Position numbers and translations under genes: made by a program. A stretch of DNA of 64,000 bases from contig OZ240245.1 of the NCBI GenBank assembly GCA_965198175.1, positions 2,015,278 to 2,079,277 of the forward strand, read 5' to 3'. The notes beneath the pieces were generated by a model. The model was not told the DNA's origin, did not search any database, and worked only from the letters and a program-made list of their open reading frames with translations. The stretch's first letter is position 1; each line of letters begins with the position of its first letter. This DNA is from Candidatus Poribacteria bacterium (GTDB lineage: Bacteria; Poribacteria; WGA-4E; PCPOR2b). Of the stretch, positions 27,468-38,353 are shown piece after piece.

Positions 27468-29108
27468 ATGAAAGGTATTGACGCAGTTGCAAAAGTATTG
27501 AAAATTGAAGGTGTTGAATATCTGTTCTGTTTTCCAGCGAACACACTCATTGACGCTTCAGCGAAGATTGGAATTCGACCGATTATGGCGCGCACCGAGC
27601 GAACCCTGATCAACATGGCAGACGGTTTCAGCCGTATCTCCAACGGTGAACGCATCGGCGTTGCCGTGGTACAACGTGGACCTGGAAGCGAGAATGCCTT
27701 CGGCGGCGTGGCGCAAGCGTTCTCGGATTCTGTTCCCATTCTGGTGCTGCCCGGCGGTCTTAATCGTCGGAGCCTCGGCATTCCCACCAATTTTGAGGCG
27801 GTCAATAATTACGCTGGCGTCACCAAGTGGGTCGCCCAGATTAATCTTGCGGAGCGCATTCCGGAAATGATGAGACGAGCGTTCAGTTTGCTACGAATGG
27901 GACACCCAGGGCCTGTAATGCTTGAAACGCTTCAGGATGTTGAGGATGAAGAAATTGACGAAAATTTTGTCTATACACCGCCCAAGTCTGTCAAGCCTGC
28001 TGGAGATCCACAGGAGGTCGAAGCATCCGTCAAAGCTCTTCTTGCCGCGGAACATCCGATGCTGCATGTCGGGCAGGGCGCCCTTTACGCAGACGCAACA
28101 GAAGAGTTGATTGAGTTTGCTGAGTTGCTGCAAGTTCCCGTGATGACAACGATGGCAGGAAAGAGTGTGTTTCCCGAAAATCATCCCTTGTCGATTGGAT
28201 CGAGTGGCTACAGCGGCACAGGAATGGTCAAGCACTTCCTGAGTAAGGCAGATCTCGTTTTTGGGATTGGGTGTAGTTTTTCAAAGTCTATTATGGCGAC
28301 TCCGATTCCGAGCGGCAAAGTGCTCATCCAGAACTCAATTGATGAACTCGACATCAACAAAGATTACGCCGTCGACCACGCCATTCTCGGCGATTCGAGG
28401 ATCGTCTTGAAGCAACTGATTGATGAGGCAAAAAAACAACTAGGAGACGAGGGACAGCGGGAAGGAAAGACTGTGGTAGATGAGATTAAAACGGTGAAGG
28501 CGAATTGGTTGTCAGAGTGGATGCCGAAGCTAACGTCGGACGAAATTCCAATCAATCCGTATCGCGTCATCTGGGACTTGATGGACGCTGTCGATAGAAC
28601 ACAAACAATCGCCACGCATGACTCCGGAAATCCACGAGATCAGATGCTCCCCTTCTACGAGGCGATTACCCCACGCAGCTACATTGGTTGGGGTAAATCC
28701 ACGCAGTTGGGATATGGTCTGGGGTTAACCATGGGAGCAAAACTAGCGGCTCCCGAAAAACTCGCCCTCAACGTAATGGGAGATGCGGCATTCGGCATGT
28801 CTGGGATGGATTTTGAAACCGCCGTACGGGAGCACATACCCATCCTGACGATTGTCCTTAATAACTCCGCACTCGGTGGTTATGAGAATCATATGCCGGT
28901 TGCTACAGAACGCTACGGCACGAAGTTTCTCTCCGGAGATTATGCGAAGGTCGCGGAAGGCTTAGGTGGCTATAGCGAAAAGGTCGAGAACCCTGCCGAT
29001 ATTATCTCCGCTATCCATCGCTGCCAAAAAGTGCTTGAAGCTGGAAAACCCGCCCTTCTCGAAATAATTACGCGCGAAGAAGGTAAGGTGTTTTCGAGGG
29101 GATTTTAA
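27468..29108 (+). CDS. thiamine pyrophosphate-dependent enzyme (acetolactate synthase-like family)
   Basis: Catalytic Glu RTER...ADG, GPGSEN, ThDP motif GDAAFGM...N. Confidence 0.88.
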   Translation: MKGIDAVAKVLKIEGVEYLFCFPANTLIDASAKIGIRPIMARTERTLINMADGFSRISNGERIGVAVVQRGPGSENAFGGVAQAFSDSVPILVLPGGLNRRSLGIPTNFEAVNNYAGVTKWVAQINLAERIPEMMRRAFSLLRMGHPGPVMLETLQDVEDEEIDENFVYTPPKSVKPAGDPQEVEASVKALLAAEHPMLHVGQGALYADATEELIEFAELLQVPVMTTMAGKSVFPENHPLSIGSSGYSGTGMVKHFLSKADLVFGIGCSFSKSIMATPIPSGKVLIQNSIDELDINKDYAVDHAILGDSRIVLKQLIDEAKKQLGDEGQREGKTVVDEIKTVKANWLSEWMPKLTSDEIPINPYRVIWDLMDAVDRTQTIATHDSGNPRDQMLPFYEAITPRSYIGWGKSTQLGYGLGLTMGAKLAAPEKLALNVMGDAAFGMSGMDFETAVREHIPILTIVLNNSALGGYENHMPVATERYGTKFLSGDYAKVAEGLGGYSEKVENPADIISAIHRCQKVLEAGKPALLEIITREEGKVFSRGF

Positions 29109-29174
29109 TGCCCAATGGTGCTAGCACATCTTGCGCCCAAATCATGAAGAATTCTGGATTACCGTTTTTCGTCT

Positions 29175-29927
29175 TTGGTTGACGCACACCCTGAAATGAC
29201 TATCTTACCTTCCAACGTTGCACCCCAGACGAGTCAGCCATCGGCACTCGTGCGGCTAGATTGCTTGAGCAAAGTCTATACAGAAGGCAATCAACGCCGA
29301 ACAGTCATAGATGAACTGAGCGGAGGATTATACGAAGGCGAGTTTGTCTGTCTGCTAGGTAAATCTGGCAGCGGGAAAAGCACACTACTCAATCTAATCT
29401 CTGGTATTGATACACCTAGCAGCGGACACGTGTACATTCGAAAGGACGATCAGGAAATTGCCATCACGGGACTGAACGATTATCAACGAACCCGCTTCCG
29501 CCGTTGCTATATCGGCATCGTTTTCCAGTTTTTTAACCTCATTCCAACGCTCACCACCCTTGAAAATGTCAAATTACCACTAGAACTTGCCGGCATTGCA
29601 AGCGTGAGCGAACTCTCCCGTGCGCGTGTACTGCTTGAGCAAGTTGGACTAGGAGATCGCCTCAACACCTATCCAGACAAGTTGAGCGGCGGGGAGCAAC
29701 AACGGGTTGCCATTGCGCGTGCACTCGTTCATAATCCTCTGCTGCTGTTAGCCGATGAGCCAACGGGTAATCTAGACGCGGAAACCAGCGAGATTGTCCT
29801 ATCGCTATTGCTAGAGATGAACAGCAACGCTGGTAAGATGCTGTTAATGGCAACTCATGCGCCGGAATTAGCTCGCCGTGCGGACCGGGTTTTGAATATT
29901 CAAGATGGAAAGCTAGTCAGCGATTAA
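29175..29927 (+). CDS. ABC transporter ATP-binding protein (LolD/MacB-like)
   Basis: [27 protein letters not shown]. Confidence 0.93.
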   Translation: MVDAHPEMTILPSNVAPQTSQPSALVRLDCLSKVYTEGNQRRTVIDELSGGLYEGEFVCLLGKSGSGKSTLLNLISGIDTPSSGHVYIRKDDQEIAITGLNDYQRTRFRRCYIGIVFQFFNLIPTLTTLENVKLPLELAGIASVSELSRARVLLEQVGLGDRLNTYPDKLSGGEQQRVAIARALVHNPLLLLADEPTGNLDAETSEIVLSLLLEMNSNAGKMLLMATHAPELARRADRVLNIQDGKLVSD

Positions 29928-30060
29928 AATGTGGAGAATACCTCACCCAAATCTCTGAATGAACGAACACATGGCGGAGCTAGGGCAGGAGAGGTTAGGA
30001 ACAAGCAATGAACACGAGAAAAAGGGAACTGCCCCCATCGTATTTCCCACATGTTGACTG

Positions 30061-32793
30061 ATGGTTATCCACAGAAAGAGAAGCGGTATTGGCATTGTTC
30101 ACACCTTATTGCGCTTGGCTTTGGGACACGCTTGGCGTCGCCCTCTTCAGAGTGCTTTCCTCATCATCGGGGTGGCATTGGGGGTAGGGATTATCGTTGC
30201 AATGGACCTCGCCAACAACGCTGCCAATCGTGCTTTCGCCCTGAGCACAGAAGCTGTGGTCGGTAAAGCCACACATCAGATTGTTGGAGGTCCTACCGGA
30301 CTGGATGAGGGTGTTTATGTTGCTTTGCGACACCAGTCGGGTTATCGACTCAGTGCACCGGTTGTGGCAGATTATGTCGCTGTCGGAGAACTGGATGCTC
30401 AACCGATGCAACTGTTTGGGGTGGACAGCTTCGCCGAATCTCCTTTTCGAAGTTATCTGGGCGATAAGAATACCAGCTTTGGAGACACTAGAACACTCAG
30501 GGCTTTTTTAACTCAGCCGCGAACCGTTTTGATGAGCGCCGATATCGCCCGTCGCTACAACTTGACTATTGGCGATCAACTTCATGTGCAGGTGGGAAGT
30601 CGAAATTATGCGCTGGAGATTGTCGGTCTGCTATGTCCAGAGGACAAACGAAGTCGGCGTGCGCTAGAAGGTCTGCTAATCGCCGACATCGCGACCGCCC
30701 AAGAGGTTCTAGGCAAGATTGGTAGGCTGGATCGAATTGATCTAATTGTCCCGGATGGCAAAGCTGGCACCGCAATTCTCAAACACATCGCCGCAATCTT
30801 GCCGCCCGGCGCCCGTATCGAAAGACCTGATGCCCGCAGTGAGGTGGTGGCGGAAATGACCTCCGCATTCCAACTTAACCTCACTGCTCTCAGTCTGCTA
30901 GCACTGCTAGTTGGCGTGTTCCTGATTTATAATACCGTCGCTTTCAGTGTGGTGCAGCGACGCCCTGTACTGGGCAGTCTACGCGCTTTGGGCATGACCC
31001 GCGGTGAGATTTTCACGATTGTTCTGATTGAGGCGGGGGTTCTTAGCATCATCGGAACGTTAATCGGTCTCGGATTAGGGATACTTTTGAGTCGTAGTGC
31101 TGTACAACTAGTAACGCAGACGCTCAACGACATCTTTTTTGTGGTCACTGTACGTCAGATTAACGTCCCGCTACACACCTTGTTCAAAGGTGTTGTCAGT
31201 GGTTTAGCAGCGGCGCTAACGGCGGCGATGCTGCCAGCCTACGAAGCCACCTGTGTCCCTCCCGCTGGGGCTTTTCAGCGCAGCAATATTGAAGAACGCA
31301 CTTATGCTATTCTACCTTGGGTCAGCGGGGCTGGCGTAGGCGTGCTACTGTTAGGCGCAATCCTGCTCCTTCCAGAATGGCATCTAAGCATCACTTTTGC
31401 CGGGGTTTTTGCCATAATCATCGGCATCGCTCTGCTCACACCCGCAATGACCTTGCGACTGATGCGGGTCATCGAATTCGTAAACAACGCGATTATTTCG
31501 ATACGACTTCGCCACTCTACCCAAACCACAACCCCTTGTATTGCTTTACCGGGTGCACATCGGCGTGAAGCCGATCGACTCAATCCGAGCCGCAATACAC
31601 AATACGTCAGATTCAACCCCGCACACGTTTCACATTTCACGCTCCATGCCTTGGCACGTATGGCAATCCGGGACATCACACGCTCGCTAAGCCGCACCTC
31701 CGTCGCCATTGGTGCTTTGATGGTCGCGGTTAGCGCAATTATTGGTGTCAGCTTGATGATAAGCAGCTTCCGCCTGACAGTCGAGCGGTGGCTAACAGAC
31801 CTCCTACAAGCTGACATTTTTGTTTCCCCTCCGACTTTAGGCAGCACGACAGCGTCGCTCGATCAAGCGGTTGTAACCAAACTGACATCATTCCCGGGTG
31901 TCGCCCAAGTTGCCACTAGTCGCGTGGTGGATGTACACGCAGGTGAACTAGGTGTAATCCAACTGGTTTCAGTTAACATGGATATTGCTGGCGCTCAACG
32001 ACACTACAAAGCCGCTGTGGGAAATCACGCCGCCACATGGCAAGCGATGGAAGCCGGTGGGCTGATTGTTAACGAACGGATGGCGAATCGGTTCGATCTG
32101 GATGTGGGAGATCGGATTGCACTGTTCACGAATTACGGTAAACAGCAACTTCCAGTTGTGGCTATCGACTTTGACTTTAATGTCCAACTTCGCGCGTTGA
32201 TCTACGACCCCATCTATCGCAAGTTCTGGGACGATCCCAATTTGTCATCTGCGGCACTCTTTGTTGAACCTGATGTCGATGTAGACGCCAAAATCGATGC
32301 CCTGCGAAAGACATTTGCGGGCAGCTTCGAATTGACGATCCAATCTAACCGGGGGCTTCGAGCGAACAGCCTTGCTATTTTCGATCGCGCTTTCAGCACC
32401 ACGGTTGCGCTACAAATGCTTGCGACGGTGGTGGCATTTATTGGTGTACTCAGTACGCTGATGAGCCTGCAACTCGAACGCCACCGGGAAATTGGCACAT
32501 TGCGAGCAATCGGGATGACACGCCAACAGTTGTGGAAACTGACATTCCTCGAAACAGGACTCATCGGAGGCAGCGCGGGGCTGATTGCTATACCGACGGG
32601 GATTCTCCTGTCCGCGATTCTCATCTATATTATTAACCTCCGCTCGTTTGGCTGGACGCTACAGATGCAACTTCAGGCGGTTCATTTCCTTCAAGCGTTT
32701 ATCATTGCACTCGCTGCCGCGCTGCTCGCAGGTATCTACCCCGCCTGGCGATTAGGCAAAATGACGCCTGCAGATGCGTTACGGATGGAGTAA
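30061..32793 (+). CDS. FtsX/MacB-like ABC transporter permease (duplicated architecture)
   Basis: Two periplasmic and two FtsX halves; RALGMT and RAIGMT motifs; adjacent to the ATPase. Confidence 0.88.
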   Translation: MVIHRKRSGIGIVHTLLRLALGHAWRRPLQSAFLIIGVALGVGIIVAMDLANNAANRAFALSTEAVVGKATHQIVGGPTGLDEGVYVALRHQSGYRLSAPVVADYVAVGELDAQPMQLFGVDSFAESPFRSYLGDKNTSFGDTRTLRAFLTQPRTVLMSADIARRYNLTIGDQLHVQVGSRNYALEIVGLLCPEDKRSRRALEGLLIADIATAQEVLGKIGRLDRIDLIVPDGKAGTAILKHIAAILPPGARIERPDARSEVVAEMTSAFQLNLTALSLLALLVGVFLIYNTVAFSVVQRRPVLGSLRALGMTRGEIFTIVLIEAGVLSIIGTLIGLGLGILLSRSAVQLVTQTLNDIFFVVTVRQINVPLHTLFKGVVSGLAAALTAAMLPAYEATCVPPAGAFQRSNIEERTYAILPWVSGAGVGVLLLGAILLLPEWHLSITFAGVFAIIIGIALLTPAMTLRLMRVIEFVNNAIISIRLRHSTQTTTPCIALPGAHRREADRLNPSRNTQYVRFNPAHVSHFTLHALARMAIRDITRSLSRTSVAIGALMVAVSAIIGVSLMISSFRLTVERWLTDLLQADIFVSPPTLGSTTASLDQAVVTKLTSFPGVAQVATSRVVDVHAGELGVIQLVSVNMDIAGAQRHYKAAVGNHAATWQAMEAGGLIVNERMANRFDLDVGDRIALFTNYGKQQLPVVAIDFDFNVQLRALIYDPIYRKFWDDPNLSSAALFVEPDVDVDAKIDALRKTFAGSFELTIQSNRGLRANSLAIFDRAFSTTVALQMLATVVAFIGVLSTLMSLQLERHREIGTLRAIGMTRQQLWKLTFLETGLIGGSAGLIAIPTGILLSAILIYIINLRSFGWTLQMQLQAVHFLQAFIIALAAALLAGIYPAWRLGKMTPADALRME

Positions 32794-33014
32794 AAACGCC
32801 CAATGCCTGAGTACCAACTGCATGATAAATCGCAAAAATTGAGGAGCAATAAACGAACCGTACGAAGCAACAGTCTAATGTGCAGTGACCCGTGCAATTG
32901 CACCAACTTCAATCGGTGATTGACACCTTTGGACAAAGAATGATAAAATTCGTTGACTTTCATTTACATAATATATGAAAAATACAATAACGCTTCAGTG
33001 CAGGAGTGTAAACC

Positions 33015-34256
33015 ATGAAGAAATTCGTCGTTTTCGAAGTCGTCGTTATCGTTGCGTTTTCGATTGGTGTTTTCGTTGGGTATCTGTGGTTCAACCCGGA
33101 CGACAGTTATCAGAATTACTATGAGAGAGCTGAGAAAGCATGGTCAGAAGCTGAGAAAGCAAATACGCCTCCCGTGACACTTGACGACCTAGATTTAGAC
33201 CGTATCCGGGAGGTCAGAGCTGCATATCGCACCGTCTTCGATGATTACCCAGATAGCCGTTGGGCAGATGATGCAATCTACCAATTGGCTTCAGGGATTG
33301 CACGAACTGATGAAGAGGCGTTTGCTCTATACCGACGTCTCATCAACAACTACCCCGACAGTGAATGGGCAGATGACTCGTTATACACTATCGCCTTCGC
33401 CTCCTATCTCGCTGCGCAAGATATGCGAAAGACGGATGATTTAGATGCGGCAGACCTCTATTATGATCGCGCCTTTGTCCTGTTTACTCAGTTGATTCGA
33501 GAGTACCCCGGCACCAGGCTTGCCGATGTGTCCCGTCTGAATCGGGAAATGTGTCATTACGGCAAAGGCAACTTAAACCGCGCACTCGAAGGGCTCAGTA
33601 AGCTCACGGAGGATTTCAGGGATAACCAACTCATCCACAGTATTGTATATCAGATCGGCATGATTTATACCGAAAAGCAAGAATACGGCAACGCTCGTAT
33701 TCAATTCAAAAATGTCGTGTTGTCAGGGCATCTGGAATTCGCGCCGCTTGCGAAGTTTGGCATCGCTCAAACACTGTTCGCAGAAAAAAAATTTGAAGAC
33801 GCAATTAAGACTTATAAAGAGGTCATTCAAGGATATCCAGAAACAAAATCTGCAGAGGATTCCTATTTTCACATCGGTTGGGCTTTTGAGAAGTTGGAAA
33901 AGTATGACGAAGCGATTATCCAGCTTGAGACAGCAATTGAGAAATATCCACATAACAAAGACACCCAGACTTACCAAGTTTATGTTGCTCAAGTCTACTA
34001 TGCGAAAAACGATATGGATGGGGCAATTCAGGCATATCGGAAGGTCGCCGACAACTCAACATTTGACTACGATACAAGGAGATCCGCTCAATATTGGATT
34101 GGCAGTATTTATGAAAAGACCGGGGACGTTAATCAAGCGGTGGCGGAGTATCAAAAACTGCTAAAGAACTTCTTAGAACCTCACCGTGTTCCTCGTCACC
34201 CATCGAATGAAATCAGCGAGAACTACATTAAAGACCTGCAATCAGGGGATTTATAA
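33015..34256 (+). CDS. membrane-anchored tetratricopeptide repeat protein (BamD/CpoB-like)
   Basis: N-terminal TM helix; repeated YPDSxWADD and AQYWIG TPR_6-like units. Confidence 0.75.
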   Translation: MKKFVVFEVVVIVAFSIGVFVGYLWFNPDDSYQNYYERAEKAWSEAEKANTPPVTLDDLDLDRIREVRAAYRTVFDDYPDSRWADDAIYQLASGIARTDEEAFALYRRLINNYPDSEWADDSLYTIAFASYLAAQDMRKTDDLDAADLYYDRAFVLFTQLIREYPGTRLADVSRLNREMCHYGKGNLNRALEGLSKLTEDFRDNQLIHSIVYQIGMIYTEKQEYGNARIQFKNVVLSGHLEFAPLAKFGIAQTLFAEKKFEDAIKTYKEVIQGYPETKSAEDSYFHIGWAFEKLEKYDEAIIQLETAIEKYPHNKDTQTYQVYVAQVYYAKNDMDGAIQAYRKVADNSTFDYDTRRSAQYWIGSIYEKTGDVNQAVAEYQKLLKNFLEPHRVPRHPSNEISENYIKDLQSGDL

Positions 34257-34459
34257 TTTTCCGAAATCATTGACGCTGTTTTTTTTTGGAAAGAGACTCT
34301 CCCTATGGTTGTCCTAGTGCGCCAAGACGGAATCCCCCGGCGACAAACCCAAAAACCGACTCCAGTTGCCTGATTCATCGGGAGGTGCAATCCGATGATG
34401 AATCACCGAAGTACGAGGCTTTAGACGTTCAACGGTGTTGGGCGTAAAGGAGTTCCTAC

Positions 34460-36445
34460 ATGAAAACAACTTTAACGTTACTTGCGCTTTTCATCCTGTC
34501 CTCATGCAACACCTCCTCCCATGATTCCCCGCAATGGGGTTTACCTGAAGGGGTTAAAGTACGCCTCGGAAAGGGCGCGATAGGTCAAATACAATATTCT
34601 CCCGATGGCACGCGGCTTGCCGTCGGCAGTGGTATCGGTATCTGGCTCTACGATACAACGACCCATCAAGAGGTTGCCCTGCTCACCGGACATTCGGGGG
34701 TTGTCATGAGTGTCGCGTTCAGCCCGGATGGCAGCATACTGGCGAGCGGGAGTTCGGACAAAACCGTTCGTCTGTGGGATGCCGCAACGGGTGCACACCT
34801 ACACACATTGGAGCGACATGCGGATGCCATCATGAGTGTCGCGTTCAGCCCGGATGGCGGCACGCTAGCAAGTGTGTCGCATACGACCATTCGTCTGTGG
34901 GATGTCGAGACGAAAACATCTAAGCGGTCATTGGAACTGCGAACCCTGAAAGGAGATACATTTTCCGTCAGCACTGTCGCGTTCAGCCAGGACATCTCGA
35001 TGTTGGCGGGCGGGAGTTATGGCAAGACCTTCCATCTATGGGATGCGGTGACAGGTATACAACTTCACACACTAGAAGGTCATACGGAGTATGTGACTAG
35101 CTTCGCTTTTAGTCCGGATGGCGGTACACTGGCAAGTGGAAGTTGGGGTGATAGCATCCGCCTGTGGGATGCTAAGACGGGGATACACCTTCGGAAACTG
35201 GAAGAACGTGTACCTATGGTCTCGTGCGTCGCCTTCAGCCCGGATGGCGGCGCGCTCGCAAGTGGTGGACCTGGCACGACCATCGATTTGTGGGATGCTG
35301 CAACCGGCGCGCGGCTGCGTACACTGGAAGGACATGCGGGTTGGGTCACTGATGTCGCCTTCAGTCGGGACGGCGCAACGCTAGCAAGTGGGAGTGACGA
35401 CTCGACCATCCGTCTGTGGAATCGGGCGACGGGCGCACACCTAGGAACACTAAAGGGACATATAAGTTATGTCAATAGCCTCGCCTTCAGCCCGGACAAC
35501 GCAACGTTGGCAAGTGCGAGTCGGCGAGATCCCATCCGTCTATGGGATGCAGCGACGGGCGCGCACAAGCGGTCACTGCACCGGTATCTATCGCACGCCA
35601 ATAACGTCGCATTTAGCCCTGATGGACGAACGCTGGTGAGTGGGAGCGATGATTACCATACCATTGAGTTCTGGAATGTCAGGACAGGCGCGCACCTGCG
35701 ATCACTGAGAAGCGATACGGGCGATCACTACAGCATCGCATTCAGCTCAGATGGTTCTACCCTCGCGAGTGGGGATGGAAACACTTCCGTTCACCTGTGG
35801 AATGCGATGACAGGCGCGCACCTGCGATCACTGAGAAGCGATACGGGCGATCACTACAGCATCGCATTCAGCTCAGATGGTTCTACCCTCGCGAGTGGGG
35901 ATGGAAACACTTCCGTTCACCTGTGGAATGCGATGACAGGCGCGCACCTGCGATCACTGAGAAGCGATACGGGCGATCACTACAGCATCGCATTCAGCCC
36001 GGATGGCGCTACACTGGCAAGTGGGAGTGGCGACCATACCGTCCGTCTTTGGGATGTCGTGACAGGGGCACACCAGCAAACTCTGAAGGGGCATACGGCG
36101 GACATCATTAGCGTCACCTTCAGCCCGGATGGCGCGACGCTAGCAAGTGGGAGTGGGGACAATACCGTCCGACTTTGGGAGGCCGTGACGGGGACACATC
36201 GCCGGACCTTAGAGGGACATACGTTGGATGTCTGCACCGTCGCTTTTAGTCCGGATGGTGGCACAGTAGCAAGTGGGAGTGGGGACACTACCATACGTCT
36301 TTGGGATACCGGGACAGGCGCACACCAGCAAACCCTGAAGGGGCATACGTCAACCGTCAAAAGCCTCGCATTCAGCCCGGATGGCAGCACACTGGGAAGT
36401 GGGAGTTACGACGGCACCGTGCTCCTGTGGAATCTTTCCCGTTAG
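34460..36445 (+). CDS. WD40-repeat lipoprotein (15 repeats)
   Basis: Lipobox LSSC at residue 16; 15 AFSPDG-type repeats. Confidence 0.9.
   Translation: MKTTLTLLALFILSSCNTSSHDSPQWGLPEGVKVRLGKGAIGQIQYSPDGTRLAVGSGIGIWLYDTTTHQEVALLTGHSGVVMSVAFSPDGSILASGSSDKTVRLWDAATGAHLHTLERHADAIMSVAFSPDGGTLASVSHTTIRLWDVETKTSKRSLELRTLKGDTFSVSTVAFSQDISMLAGGSYGKTFHLWDAVTGIQLHTLEGHTEYVTSFAFSPDGGTLASGSWGDSIRLWDAKTGIHLRKLEERVPMVSCVAFSPDGGALASGGPGTTIDLWDAATGARLRTLEGHAGWVTDVAFSRDGATLASGSDDSTIRLWNRATGAHLGTLKGHISYVNSLAFSPDNATLASASRRDPIRLWDAATGAHKRSLHRYLSHANNVAFSPDGRTLVSGSDDYHTIEFWNVRTGAHLRSLRSDTGDHYSIAFSSDGSTLASGDGNTSVHLWNAMTGAHLRSLRSDTGDHYSIAFSSDGSTLASGDGNTSVHLWNAMTGAHLRSLRSDTGDHYSIAFSPDGATLASGSGDHTVRLWDVVTGAHQQTLKGHTADIISVTFSPDGATLASGSGDNTVRLWEAVTGTHRRTLEGHTLDVCTVAFSPDGGTVASGSGDTTIRLWDTGTGAHQQTLKGHTSTVKSLAFSPDGSTLGSGSYDGTVLLWNLSR
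35684..35998 (+). repeat. perfect 126-bp tandem repeat (2.5 units) inside the WD40 gene
   Basis: Units start at 35684, 35810 and 35936; encode HLRSLRSDTGDHYSIAFSSDGSTLASGDGNTSVHLWNAMTGA. Confidence 0.92.
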
Positions 36446-36504
36446 CTAGCGAAGCCTCACTGTGAAACACCGAGCCGACACCAAATAAAAAAGGGAGATT
36501 TTTC

Positions 36505-36533
36505 TTGACCGAAAATTGGAAAACTGATAAGAT
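36505..36533 (+). promoter_or_regulatory. putative sigma70 promoter
   Basis: TTGACC-17 bp-TAAGAT. Confidence 0.55.
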
Positions 36534-36639
36534 TGATTATCGGCTTTAGGGATTGACGGTAAAGACCATCGAACATTAACGATTGCCAAGGTTACTTCAA
36601 CCAGAATCAGGCATTCGAAAACATCTAAAGGGGAACGCC

Positions 36640-38304
36640 ATGCGTAAACTCCGCATCGGAATTATCGACCTTGTCACCAAAGGTCCGACGAAAGCATTAT
36701 GGGCGCGTGTGATGCATGCAAATTTTGCCAGCATTATGCCCCAAGTCATCGGCGCGTGGTGTGAAGAAGAAGGGCATGATGTCACACTTGTTTGCTATAC
36801 CGGTTTTGAGAATCTGACCGAGGAATTACCAGAGGATGTCGATTTGGTCTTTATCGGCGCGTTCTCGCAGGCGGGGCAATTAGCATATGCGTTGAGCAAC
36901 CTGTTCCGATCGAAAGGCGCTATCACTGTGCTTGGAGGTCCCCACGCTCGGTGCTACCCGCAGGATTCACAAAAGTATTTCGACTATGTCCTCGGTTTCA
37001 CGGATAAAGCGTTGATTCGTGATGTCCTGCGTGACTGCTCGCAGCACCGACCGATCGGCGTGCACCTCGCAGCCAAGCAGCAGCCTAAAACGCTGCCCGG
37101 AGTCCGCGAACGTTGGAAGTTTATCGAGCAGACGCTCCACAAAGCACCCCTCATCAAGATTGTCCCAATGATTGGCAGTCTCGGTTGTCCATACACATGC
37201 AGCTTCTGCATCGACTCTGTCGTACCGTATCAGCAATTGAGCTTCGACGTTATCAAGGACGATTTGCGATTCCTCTTGCGTAAATTTAGACGACCGCGCG
37301 TTGGTTGGCACGATCCAAACTTTGGCGTGCGATTTAACGATTACATGGATGCGATAGAGGAAGCAGTACCGCCCGACAGCATTGATTTCATCGCCGAGAG
37401 CAGTCTCGCTCTCCTGTCAGAACCGCACCTGAAGCGACTCAAACGCAACGGATTCAAAGCCATTTTACCCGGTATTGAATCGTGGTACGACATGGGAAAC
37501 AAGTCGAAGACCGGCAAGACGAAAGGAATTGACAAGGTCAGGCAGGTCTCCGAGCATGTTAACACCATGTTACGGTATATTCCCTACGTCCAAACCAACT
37601 TCGTGTTTGGTCTCGACGTTGACGAAGGATTAGAACCCTTTGAGCTCACAAAGCGATTTTTGGATATGACCCCAGGCGCGTTTCCCGCCTATTCGTTGAT
37701 TTCGTCGTTCGGACAAGCTGCACCACTCAATCTCGAATACCAGCGCGCCAACCGCGTCCTACCTTTCCCATTCCACTTCTTGAACAACAATCACGCCATG
37801 AACGTCAAGCCAAAGCACTATGTCTGGCCCGATTTTTATGATCGGGTGGTTGATGTGAGCAAACATTCGTTTTCGCGGAATGCCATTCTCAACCGCTATC
37901 GCGTCATCAAGGATACAATCCCGCGGTGGCTGAACGTGGTCAGGGCTGTTTCGTCAGAAGGTTTTGGTCGAATCAAGTATTTCACTGAGGTTCGCCAACG
38001 GCTAGACACAGACAAGCAGTTCCGCCCCTATTTTGAAGGTGAGACAGCCGAACTTCCACAGTTCTTTGCGGACCGGGTGCGCAGAGACCTTGGAACGCTG
38101 TGGGAATGGCTTCCGGAGGGGGCGCTACATCACGACCCCAACGCTTATCTCAAGTCCGAGAACACGTCACAGCTAACGCCTTCGAGCGTCAGAGACGCAA
38201 CCCATTCACGTCAAGCCGTTTCCCCAGATTTTAGCGGGGATGCCGCGAGTCTCGATTCCCCTGAGTTAACGACCTTACCTCCAAGCAGGGGCTTTGTCGT
38301 GTGA
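36640..38304 (+). CDS. B12-binding domain radical SAM protein
   Basis: N-terminal Rossmann-like cobalamin domain (VLGGPHA), CPYTCSFC motif; ATG 36640 after AAGGGGA. Confidence 0.85.
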   Translation: MRKLRIGIIDLVTKGPTKALWARVMHANFASIMPQVIGAWCEEEGHDVTLVCYTGFENLTEELPEDVDLVFIGAFSQAGQLAYALSNLFRSKGAITVLGGPHARCYPQDSQKYFDYVLGFTDKALIRDVLRDCSQHRPIGVHLAAKQQPKTLPGVRERWKFIEQTLHKAPLIKIVPMIGSLGCPYTCSFCIDSVVPYQQLSFDVIKDDLRFLLRKFRRPRVGWHDPNFGVRFNDYMDAIEEAVPPDSIDFIAESSLALLSEPHLKRLKRNGFKAILPGIESWYDMGNKSKTGKTKGIDKVRQVSEHVNTMLRYIPYVQTNFVFGLDVDEGLEPFELTKRFLDMTPGAFPAYSLISSFGQAAPLNLEYQRANRVLPFPFHFLNNNHAMNVKPKHYVWPDFYDRVVDVSKHSFSRNAILNRYRVIKDTIPRWLNVVRAVSSEGFGRIKYFTEVRQRLDTDKQFRPYFEGETAELPQFFADRVRRDLGTLWEWLPEGALHHDPNAYLKSENTSQLTPSSVRDATHSRQAVSPDFSGDAASLDSPELTTLPPSRGFVV

Positions 38305-38353
38305 GGGCACGTCATTTGCCCTGATGGAGCGTAAGAATAGGTTACGCATCACA

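Noticed and set aside
25952-29108. Taurine pathway (Tpa plus Xsc)
   Set aside because: The aminotransferase is GSA-like and the ThDP enzyme lacks recognisable Xsc N-terminal sequence; no pta or tau genes nearby.
34370-34405. Hairpin TGATTCATCGG...CCGATGATGAATCA upstream of the WD40 gene
   Set aside because: Single occurrence, no U-tract and no recognisable RNA family; insufficient support.
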